Positions 39,226-51,200 of a stretch of DNA of 63,724 nucleotides are shown here, in pieces. The stretch's first letter is position 1; every line of letters starts with the position of its first letter. The notes beneath the pieces are model-generated. The model did no database searches. It had not been told where the DNA came from and was given only the letters and a program-made list of their open reading frames with translations. This DNA comes from Paraspadella gotoi (Eukaryota; Animalia; Chaetognatha): contig JBJCIZ010000239.1 in the NCBI GenBank assembly GCA_051294375.1, positions 739,721 to 803,444 on the forward strand, written 5' to 3'. Made by a program: the position numbers and the translations under genes.

Positions 39226-42200
39226 ATGATCTTCTCGGGTTTGTCAACTTTGCTCCCGGCCGGCAAACTTCCTTTGGAGGTAAAGTCGCTTCATAATTAA
39301 ATATTAATGATTAATGTATTAAATCGAAACATCACAATTTTATTTAAGGTTTTGGAAAAAAGTTCAGGACGAAATGTTGAACTACCAAGAACCCGGATGT
39401 TCAGTAGATGGAGTTGTCCCATCGCGGGGCGGATTTCAACAACATCATCAACCAGGCCGAAAAGAATTTACGAGAACTTTGGAACATTCCCGACAATTAC
39501 AAGGTTTAATTTTTTTCCCCTTTGTTGGTCTGTCTGGTCGTCTCGCTTATTGTTTCATGATCTCACCATCTCTGATTGGTCGAGAGAGAAACCTCCTCTC
39601 TAGATGGTCGAGAGAGAGCAAAAGGTAGAAAAAGGCAGAAAAGGCCAAACGAGACGAGCTAGACAAGCTACACGATCAATCCGTTTCCGCGATGCCAGTT
39701 TTAATTAAAAAAAAAAAAAAAAATTACGACAAAGAAGAACGTTTATTTCCACGCGGGGGTTTTAAAATCATTTCATCTATTATCTCTCTATTAATTCAAC
39801 TAGTTCCACTCGCGAAAAAGACCAGATCGTCAATCCTGTTTGTGATTCGCGCTTTTCAACCTCCGTCAAGTCTCTGTGATAACAGGCGGCGGCGATGGCG
39901 GAACCTATGACGCGCCGTCTGTGATAAGTTTGAGGGCAAACCGTTGACCGAGGAACGAGGATTGATGGACGGCGCTGATGATAGGGGGGGGGGATGTGAT
40001 ACAGACGGAACGGAACTTTTAAGATCTGTTAATATTAACCGCTGTTTTGTTTTAAATTAAATTAAAATTAACCACCTTCTAACCATATTCGGAGACGGGT
40101 CCCCCCCCAAGCAATGAGTGACGGATTGTAGTCGGGGCTGAGCATGAGTAAACCCGCCTGCGTGTGGACGGTCGTAAACCGCTTTGGGGGCGTGGAAAAA
40201 CCCTCATTGGCCTGATTCTAAGCCGGGAACCCGTTCTATGGTTGCTAGAGGGGGTTAGAGAAAGTTGCGAATAGCAGTCCTTCAGCCCACTAAGCGTTAT
40301 CCACGACGGTCAGCAAACCTACAGTTTCAATGTTCAGATTCCTGACGCGAATTAGGTGTGATGACATAAAGCCACGCTCAACGCTCACTCTTATTGGTCA
40401 CTTGATAAATTATTTTCGTAAAACTTATTTAATTTTATTACCTATCATATTATTTACTATATTTGAATTCAAAAATTATTACTAAATAAATTAAATTTCA
40501 TATCAATTATGAATAATTATAATGAATAAATGAACGAAAACTTTTTGAATTAACGACGAGATAGGGATAATATCCTATTAGAGATATTGAAGCCAGGTAC
40601 TCCAGAAGTGGATAAACAAGACTACGAGAGAGTCTTTGATTGAAAAGCTTGTAGGGACCCGCTACGTCATTATCTTGTAAGAGCGATGGAAGCCTTAAAC
40701 CACCAAAAGCCCGTCCCAAAAGTCAAAAAGGATCAAGATAGCTTAATTTATTTATTTATTACATCGGTCATACCAATTTCGTACAAATAAAACAAGACCT
40801 TCAACAAAGCGCTGATCATGTTCTCGAACCGCCCAATGAAGTGGGGATGCTGCCGCAACATGCTCCCGTCGATAGCGACGGTGACCAAATCCCGCGGGAT
40901 GCGGCGAATGATGGCGGCGACGCCGGCCGCCGCCAAGTACGCCGCCCGAGTCGTCACCGTCTCGCAGACTTTCTTGATGATGCGACAGTTGTAATTGTCC
41001 ACGCCGCGAAGGCCAAAGTCTGTGGGGTTGGAGATCGTTGGGGGATGGGGTGAATACGACTCGGTCTCTCTCTCTCTCTCTTTTTAGTTGCGTCGCGTGT
41101 ATTCGCGGAGCAACTCTATCAGTTTTCGGTCGGTCGGTATGTCTGTCCCACTTATGTTAAAAATACAACTTGTTTATAATTGGTTGGTTATTTGTTAAGA
41201 CAGAAAAAACATCAAATCAAAGGGACTGCTTGTTTAAATCTTGAAACTATAAGGAATAAAAGACGAAATTTTGATGCAGTGTACCTTCGCCGCCACGAAA
41301 GCCGTCCTTACAGGGCGAGGCAGAGGAGGGGAGGAAGGGGGAAGGGGGAGAAGATGGATGGAGAGAGAGAGAGGGAAAAGAGATGGTGGCTGGGAGAGAG
41401 AGAAAGTGAAAATGACAGAAAGGGACAAATAAAGAGAGAGAGAGGGAGAAGAGATGGTGGTTGGAGAGAGGAAAGTGAAAATGACAGAAAGGGACAAATA
41501 GAGAGAGAGAGAGGGAGAAGAGATGGTGGCTGGGAGAGAGAGAGAGTGAAAATGACAGAAAGGGACAAATAGAGAGAGAGAGAGAGGGAGGGGAGATGGT
41601 GGCTGGGAGAGAGAGAGAGTGAAAATGACAGAAAGGGACAAATAAAGAGAGAGAGGGAAGGAGATGGAGACTGGGAGAGAGAGAGAGAGTGACAGAAAGG
41701 GACAAATAGAGAGAGAGGGAGGGAGATGGTGGCTGGGAGAGAGAGTGAAAATGACAGAAAGGGACAAATAGAGAGAGAGAGAGAGGGGAGATGGTGGCTG
41801 GGAGAGAGAGAGAGTGAAAATGACAGAAAGGACAAATAGAGAGAGAGGGGAAAAAAAGGCTGGGAGAGAGAGTGAAAATGACAGAAAGGGACTGAGAGAG
41901 AGAGAGAGGGAGGGGAGAAGAAGGCTTGGAGAGAGAGAGAGTGAAAATGACAGAAAGGGAAAATAAAAAGAGAGAGAAAGCGTAAAAATTACAAAGGGAA
42001 AAATAGAAAATGTGTTGCGCCACAGTAACTTTATTTTCACGTGTATTGATTACATGATATGACATGACATGACTAACAACTTTCTTTGCCATGTATTTAT
42101 GACATGCACTGCATCAAAATTCGTCTNNNNNNNNNNNNNNNNNNNNNNNNNCGAGAAGTGTTGTGGACTGAGCTTGAAAATGACAGAAAAGGGACAACAG

Positions 42201-45200
42201 TAGAGAGACGAGAGAGAGGAGATGGTGTGGGGACAGACTGACGCCGAGTGAAAATGGAAAAACTAGACAAGATACGACGAGAGATGGAGTGAAAAGAAGT
42301 GAGAACGAGATGGAAAATGACAGAAAGAGCTAGGAGAGAGAGAGAGGTATAAAATGCACATAAGGGAAAAAAATAGAAATGTGTTGCACCGACAGTACTT
42401 TAATTTTCACGTTGTATTTTGATTACATGATATGACTCGACCATAGACTAACAAACTTCTTTCCATGTATTTTATGACATGCACTGCATTCCTCGGTCGC
42501 TCTCTATCTGTGACATAATCTTCGTTGTGAATTTCCACTGAGACGCTTCGGCCATGATGGGACCCTTTTCGTTGGGTAGCAAAACTCCCTCCTGTAAAAA
42601 TAAATTGATAAAGATGTATATAACTATATATATTATAATTATATATTATATAATTATATAATATATAATTATCTATATTATATTGTGGTGGTATATTCAC
42701 ACCACCTCACATCCACAATCAATACCATTTGCTCAGAGGGGGAACACACCATCCCAGGCGCTGTGTTCCATCCACAGTCCTAACAACTTCCCTCTGCGTT
42801 GACAAAGCGAGACCGTCCTAGGGTAACCGCGCTAGTGAATGGATGCATCACTGAGGGTCGGAAGCCCCCAAAGCCAACAGTGGGCAACACAGGCAACCTG
42901 GCTGTTGCCATAAGTGGTGAGCCCTACTATCGAACACGCAACCTTCTCAGGGTACGCTACGACAAACGTCTATGCCCTGCCAACTTCGGGTATGCTACGA
43001 CAAACGCCTATGCCCCTGGGGTACGCTACGATAAAAGTCTATGCCCCCACAACTCGCACTCTTTCTCCCTCTCTCCCACTATGGTAAAAGTATTGTCAGA
43101 CACCTCTCAGGCTTGAGGAACCTGAGTGATGTCTTGGCCCGGGGATCCTGTGGTGGTATATTCACACCACCTCACATCCTCCATTGTTCAGCCAATACCA
43201 TTGGCTCAGAGGGGTAACACACCAGCCCAGGTGATGTGTTCCATCCACAGTCCTAACGACTTCCCTCTGCGTTGGCAAAGCGAGACTGTCCTAGGGTAAC
43301 CGCTCCAGTGAATGGATGCGTCACTGAGGGTCGGAAGCCCCCAAAGCCAACAGTGAGATGCCCCATCCCAATGGGCATCACAGGCAACCTGGCTGTTGCC
43401 ATAATATATTGATATAGTTATTGGGATTTTTTATTTCTATGTTTTTTTAATCTCCATTGGTTTCTATTTATCTCCATGAGTTTGTATTTATTATTCTCCT
43501 CACCTCATGAAGTTTAACTAGAATTAGCCGGACGACTTCGCCGATATAAGCTCCGCAAATCAATTTGCCGTAGACGTCTTTGCCGGGATCTTTGCTACTC
43601 TTATCCACCTGGCGTTTAAAAATGGAATTGTTTTTATCTGCTGATGAGGTTTACTAATAGTTCATTAGTATAATGTTGTTCGTTCCTCACTTTCAGAATT
43701 TTAATTAAAGTTAAATTTAGAATTTTTACTACGCTTTAATGGACAGGCCATGGTGGGTTAAGGCCACCATCCTTCTTACAAGGTCCATTCTCCTTACTCT
43801 ATTTTAATTTTACTAGTTTGGTTAAAGTTAGGGGTATTTAGGATTAGGGGCGGTAAGGGTTATGGTTAAGGGTGGTTAAATTTTCCCCTTTAATTCTGTT
43901 TATTACATAGTTGGTTTTAAAAACTTTTAAAATAATAATTTAATGGGTTAAATTTTACTTTCGCCGACCACGGTTTTGAAAAACCATTTAAAAAATATTA
44001 CTTAATTACCCTGAACCTAAACCATCTTAACCCTAACCACCCTTAACCCTAAACCACCCCTAAACCACTCTTAACCTTAACACCTCCCTAATTCCGGTCG
44101 GCAAAAGTCAAAGTAACCCATTTATGGTTTCATACATTTGATTTATTTAGTATCGAAGTCTCTTTTTTCCACAACGCCCCAACCTCCAAATACCCCTAAC
44201 CAACTCTCCAAACACCCCCCCCACCTGCCGATCGAACTCTGTCTTGTAGGCCTCCAACTCTCCGCAGGACTCTCCAAAGGCTCCCCACTCGGTGTCGATT
44301 ATCATGCACTCGATAGGATTCTTGGTACTGAGGCTTTTTTGATAGTCGCTCAGTTGACCCTTGTTGATGCCTGGTCGGAGATGGTTGCGTTTAAACATTT
44401 TTTTTTTTAGTTGCTCCGCTAGTATTGGTCGGTCTGTTGGTTTGGTATGTCTGTCCGTCGGTTCGTCCTACTTACATAAAAAATGCATATAATGCATATA
44501 AAATGCATATAATGCATATAATTCGCTGCTCATTTGTTAAGACAGGAAAAACCTCAAAATCTGTTACTGCGAGAACTCGCGGAGCAACTATAAAAAATCT
44601 ACCTTATCGACCTTAACCGGCTCATAACCTGGGGTGATGTTCTCCATTCTCTCCTGGTAGACCGCATTAGATCCGGTGCCAAGCATAACGCCGACGAGGA
44701 CGGTGCCCGTCGATGGACCGTATGCGCCGGCGAGCATCGTGGCGAGAGTGTCGTTAAGAAGCACCACGATCTGCGTTCGATAGACGTTTAAATGATTGGT
44801 TAAATAATAATAAGGTTTACGGGTATTGGTGGGTTACGCAGATATATTAATATTGTACGAATGAGAAATGATAAATTCTGCCATGACTGCCGCCCTTCTT
44901 CCTATGTTAATTAATCCGGGATTCACTAGGACGAGCTGAATCAGTTGCTGTAACGCGAATTTTAAAAGTATTAAATTGAAGAGGCTGTTTTACAGGCGCC
45001 ACACCCGCAGCGGTATCACCTCGTGCAGGGACAGCAGACAGCATGTTCATGTAGTCCAGAGCTTTGGATCTGGCAGTAGGCCCATGCCTACAGGCGGTTA
45101 CCCGGTCCATCCCACTTTCTACATGACAACCTCAGGGCCTCAACCAGGGACGCACATTGGGATGGTGCATTAGTCCACTGAGCCACTGAGGCGCTGCGAA

Positions 45201-48200
45201 AGAAACAGCTTTAATCCATCTGTGGTGATAGGACCACCAGACAGCCCGCCCCAGGACTCTCGCATATGAGAGTACGAAGCAGGGGGATGAAGCGCATGTC
45301 TCTCCGCTGAACCTCTCTTCATTCTGGTGGCCTTGCTTTGAGTGGCAGCTGCGTAGCTCAAACACATCAAGGCAGAGGAGTATTATCATGCCCGGGTTGC
45401 GTGTTCGGGATCACGTCGGGCTCACCATTAAGCAGCTGGTTTTACAGGGCGCCACACCCGCAGCGGTATCACCTCGTGGCGACAGCGAGACAGCATGTTC
45501 ATGTAGTCCAGAGCTTTGGATCTGGCAGTAGGCCCATGCCTACAGGCGGGTTACCCGGTCCATCCCACTTTCTACATGACAACCTCAGGGCTCGAACCAG
45601 GGACGCACATTGGGATGGTGCATTAGTCCACTGAGCCACTGAGGCGCTGCGAAAGAAACAGCTTTAATCCATCTGTGGTGATAGGACCACCAGAAAATAT
45701 TTTTTTACGTTATATCATATTTATTATTATTATTTTATATTATTTTTTTTTATCTCGGCTTAGGGGCCCCGTCTTGGGTGTGATAATCGTTTTACTATTG
45801 CTTTTTTTTCATCTTATTCCCGATCTCAAATTAATTTTCAGATTTCTATGGATATTTAACAGGATTAAAATTCTTTTAAATCTCCTTTACATTCGGCCAA
45901 AGCCAACCGCTCACCAAATCTCGGCAAGGATTAAAATTTTGTCAGATTTACCCTAACGTGACTCATTCCGTTCTTGTCCAGCGCCTCTTGCAGCATATGC
46001 GTGACGTCCTCACCAACCATGCCTTCGCAATCGTACCCTTTGGTCCAGTTTGTCAGAACCCCGCTTGACGGGCTGCTCTTTCGACATGGACAGGGGAAGC
46101 AAAACCCCATGCTGATCGTTTTTCCCTTAAGATGTTTTTTTTTTTTGGCAGAGGAATTGCTCGTGAGCGATTTTGCGATTTTGCTTTTTCGGATTACATA
46201 AGTTCAATTTAATTTAATCAATGCTTCAAATAATTTCATTTAAAATAAGGGGAAAGGATGGTTATTAGAGTAGAGCACTCAAAAACAAAACAAAATTTTG
46301 AATGATCAAACAAGGATGTTTAGCTGTAAGATAGTATGATTAACTAGCACAAAAAATATTTTGTTCATATTGTCTTGGGAACAAAATAGTAAAATATAAT
46401 ATATTCTTATAAAATAATAAATTTTAAAAATATATTTTTTTTAAAACTTTTAATAAAGATTCAGAGTCTTCATAAAAAGTTGAATCAAAAATATAAAACA
46501 TGTTATCAAAAATTCTGTCATCTTCAGCATTTAAAATGGGAAAAATGGTAAAAATTCATGACTTTTTTATTCTCTGTAGTAAACTCATTTTTTGCAATCC
46601 AAACATTAAAATATCATATAACATATTTTATAAAAGTTTTTTTTACAGTGAATCCAAATCTGTTCTTAAAAATAAAAAATAATTATTTGGAAATTTAATG
46701 ATTTTATAAGGATATTACTACATAAATAATTGAATTTACTATACTGTTATGCTGAAAAAAATTTTTTAAAAGAATTTAAAATTTGTTAATTACACGTCCA
46801 TAGGCAGCAAGAGATTATTAAGAGATTATTAAGAGATTATTAAGAGATTATTAAGAGATTATTAAGAGATTATTCAAAACGTTATTCTTTAACAGTTAAT
46901 TAAAATAATTCGGCTGAAAAATGGGTTCGATAAATGATATAGAAGCATTCAAAGGTTATTGTATTATTATAAATTTAAAAAATGTATATATTTTTTTACT
47001 TTACAATTTTTAAAAAAAAACGGATTCTGAAAGAGCTTGAAAAAATAAAATAAAAAAAATATTACAAGATTTTCATATTTTTATGTTTTATCATATAATA
47101 AGGATAAAAAGTGATTTAATTTGGGCCCGCCTTTACTATACTATACTACACTATCCAAAACCCCTAACCCGAACGATTCGGTAAAAAAATTCTACCCCGC
47201 GGCAGCCGACGAGTCAATTCCTCTGACCCAAGAAACGGAAATCGCGTCACATTCCATCAAAAACTTTTTCAGGTTTTTGGCGAGAAACTTCATTAGATCC
47301 TCGCCCTTTCCCGTCCGTAGTTCGCAGGGTAAGTTAATGCAGAGGCTTTGGTAATGGATGGAGCCGCTTTTGTAAGAGGAAGATGTCCACACGTAGTCGT
47401 TGTCGATGGCCACTGGAGAGGGAGTCGATGTAGGTCGAGGAGGGCAGATGATATTATTAATATTTTATTATTACTATGTTTTAGTAGTAGATTATGTATC
47501 CAAAAGAAACGCTTCCAAAATGGAACTAGGCATCTATCATAGTTACAACTTAAAAACTGTAATGTTCTAATCTTTCTTACTTTATATTAATAATATTTTA
47601 TATATTAGTAAAAAAATTTTTATCCTTATTTAATGTAGGATGTTCAAATTTAATAATAAATGTTTAAAATTAATACAATAAATAAATAATAATAAATGTT
47701 TAAAAATAAAGTCTAAACGGCTTCAGCTCGTTTTCTCATAATTTTAATCTCTCATTATTAAAAAACAAGTTTGAGCAAACAATGCCGGATCTGCCCACGA
47801 TCATTAGTGGTAAGCAGCTGATCAGTTAATTAATTAATTAAATAATATTATTTTTTTTTATTCATGTCAAAATCGTTTTCCATGTTGTCTCGCCTCTCAA
47901 TCACAAAACAACAATCTCAATTATAAGATTAATTAATTAATTACTTATTTATTAATAATTAATTAATGCAGCTTGAATTTACATTTAATATAAAAAAAAA
48001 GCATAATCAAATTGTAAAATAGATTTTTTGTTTTTCTCAATTTAAACTCATTTCCACTTAGACGATTCCATCGAAACTTGATTTCCAACTCAATCACTCG
48101 CTTTCCTACCCACACACAAAATTTCATTCCATCCACGAAAGTGTTTTTGCATAATTTATCATAATTCGATGTTCCGACACGATATAAGTGAATGCCCGAT

Positions 48201-51200
48201 AAGATTGGCGGGCGGACCGACGGACCGACAAAGTGAATTATAGTTATAGAGCCGGAATCTACTGTAAGCAGATTCCGGCTAAAAACCTTTTTTTTTTTTT
48301 TTTCAAATTATAATATTTTTTGACGAAAAGTCAGACAGACCGACAATAGCCGAAAACGTTGACTCGGAAAACAACGAATCCCGACTCGCCTTTGTTCTTG
48401 TTGGAATCGAGAGGCGACAAAGACACCCCCGGCGTCAGATATGGGGATCGATGTCTGGGCATGGAGCCGCTTCGAACCTCTGTCCAGTCCTCCGTCCGGA
48501 TCTCTGTCCGGCCCGCTGTCTGAGCCTCTGTCCGGTTCTCCGTCAGATCGTCCATGCCGTCATTGGCGGAGTGAGACGCGCCGTGCATCTCGTTAAAAGC
48601 GATATGTTTTCCTTTGAGTTCGACGAGCGATATAACGAGAATGGAAAAACCGAGATCCATCGATAAAAACTTTCCCGTCTCTTTGCTGCTTGGCACCATG
48701 CGTACGAAGGTGGGGAACATGCGCACGTCCTCGTCGGATCGTCCGCGCAAGCCGCGCGTCATGGCGTTGCCCATTTTCTCCATCACGCAGACGAGGTCCG
48801 CCGGGGTCAGATCGAACCCTCCGAGAATTTCTTCGATGGGGTCCAAGTCTTCCTTCTTGGTTTTCCCGCAGCAAGAGGCCATCGCGCTCTCTCTGTCTCA
48901 CTCTCTCTTTGTCCTTTTTTTTTTAAAAAACGTCGTAGATTTTGAAAAAATTAAAAAAGCCCATTTTTTTTCATTTCTTTAGGGGCTAGACTCCGTAGTT
49001 ACTGTTTTTCTTTTCGATGTTAGAATTTTAACGCGATTCAGATTTCGGAACGAGGCTTTCGCTAATCGGGGATTTTTAATCCCGAATTTTAGCGGGAGAA
49101 TTTGAAACAGAAATTCGCGGATATAGATTGATAATTTTATTAAATGATTGATAGAAAGGTTATTTATATGATGATTTATATAGGGATTGATGGAAGTATT
49201 TTATTTATGGCACTCTTTTTCAATGGGCGCTCCATGTTTATTCCTGAATATGATTTTAACTTATATATTTTACTTATATGTTTTACCTTTATCTATTATA
49301 ACTTTAATACTTAACACTAGTTTATTATAACTCTAATATTTAACCCTCATCTATTATAATTTTAATATATAACCTTAATCTAGTTATTTTTAGCCTTTAT
49401 CCCCAACAGTAACCCTTTCCTTTAACTTAAACCTAACCCTTTATTCCTAATCTCTAACCCCAACCCTTAAACCTAAAACATAGACCCTAACTAACCCTAA
49501 TCACTAATTAATATATCTAAATATTTATAAGTAATTAAATATACGCAAATTGATTGAAAGCTTGTAGGGACCTGCTATGTCATTATCTTGTAAGAGTGAT
49601 GGAGGCCTTAAACCACCAAAGCCTGTCCAACTTCAGGAGCAAGATAGCTTATTCATTGAATGAATGGATAAATTTTATATTGGTTGTACCAATTTCATAT
49701 CTATTGAAAATTGAAATGACCCTTTGTTTTTTTTCCCCCCACCTTCCAGGTACTTTTCCTTCAAGGCGGCGCCACGGGTCAGTTCGCCTCGATCCCCCTA
49801 AACCTGATGACGACCGGCAAAGCGGATTACCTCGTTACCGGCACTTGGTCCTCCAAGGCGGCGAAAGAGGCCGAGAAATACGGCAGCGTGAATCGCGTCG
49901 TGCCGGAGACCGGAAAGTTTACCGGCATACCGGGTAAGAAGAGAAGGGGAAAGAGAGAGAGAACTCGGCTGGAGCAATTAATTATTTTTATCATTTATCG
50001 GCAAAAATTCTACTGTCGCCGTCCGGGTTTAGGATTAAGGGTGGTTTAGGATTAAGGGTGGTTTAGGATTAAGGGTGGTTTAGGAATGGTTTAGGTTTAG
50101 GGGTGGTTAGCGTTAGGAGCTTTTAGGTTAAGAGTAATTAAGTAATGATAAGTAATAAAAACCCCCGCTCGGCGAAGNNNNNNNNNNNNNNNNNNNNNNN
50201 NNNNNNNNNNNNNNNNNNNNNNNNNNNNNNNNNNNNNNNNNNNNNNNNNNNNNNNNNNNNNNNNNNNNNNNNNNNNNNNNNNNNNNNNNNNNNNNNNNNN
50301 NNNNNNNNNNNNNNNNNNNNNNNNNNNNNNNNNNNNNNNNNNNNNNNNNNNNNNNNNNNNNNNNNNNNNNNNNNNNNNNNNNNNNNNNNNNNNNNNNNNN
50401 NNNNNNNNNNNNNNNNNNNNNNNNNNNNNNNNNNNNNNNNNNNNNNNNNNNNNNNNNNNNNNNNNNNNNNNNNNNNNNNNNNNNNNNNNNNNNNNNNNNN
50501 NNNNNNNNNNNNNNNNNNNNNNNNNNNNNNNNNNNNNNNNNNNNNNNNNNNNNNNNNNNNNNNNNNNNNNNNNNNNNNNNNNNNNNNNNNNNNNNNNNNN
50601 NNNNNNNNNNNNNNNNNNNNNNNNNNNNNNNNNNNNNNNNNNNNNNGCGATTAATTAAAAACTTGAAACGTCATTCAACTATATCAATTTAAATCATTAA
50701 ACAACATTTTTATATGGTGTGTACCCGATTCGATATTTTAGTTTCTTGTCAGTTAGAAAAGAATTTCGTTTCGTCGCGTTTAAAAAATTAAGAGAGAAAA
50801 CAAAGTTTATTTTTTGTTTGTCGCATTACGCCGAAGAAGACCCGAAAAAGAGTCTAAACGTGTCAGTTTCAAGATAAAAATTCCTTGTTTGTAAACAAAC
50901 AAAAAAACATTTGTTTTCTTTCTAATTGCCAGTTTTCCCCGTGTTGTCGCCCAAACCCACGCCACCCATTCTCCCCATTCCAGAAAATAAAAAAAACCTT
51001 AGTAACGTCGACGGGCCGCGTGAGGGCGTTGGAACTCATGTCCGCCACCAGGGTGACGCCGGCGGGGACGCGAGGCGGCGCGTCGAACTCGATCCCGTGG
51101 ACCGTCTCGTTGGCGCAGTAGTAAAAGTAGTCCGCTTCTGGGTCGACGTTCCAGGTGGCAGAATCTTTTGGCGCGGGGGTGGGGGAACGAGGAAAAAAGG

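Noticed and set aside
38928-39226. PHGDH-PSAT1 fusion protein by read-through
   Set aside because: TGA is present in both copies and the spacer has several stops; no convincing donor/acceptor pair that bypasses the stop was found.
41380-41960. Regularly spaced repeat resembling a CRISPR array
   Set aside because: The spacers are themselves repeated (GA)n sequence, the context is a eukaryotic intron, and there are no cas genes.
41234-42092. 268-281 aa ORFs on the minus strand
   Set aside because: Translations of a GA-rich minisatellite inside a repeat element.
45395-45427. tRNA-Trp gene
   Set aside because: Only the 3' part with encoded CCA is present; it is a retroelement primer-binding site.
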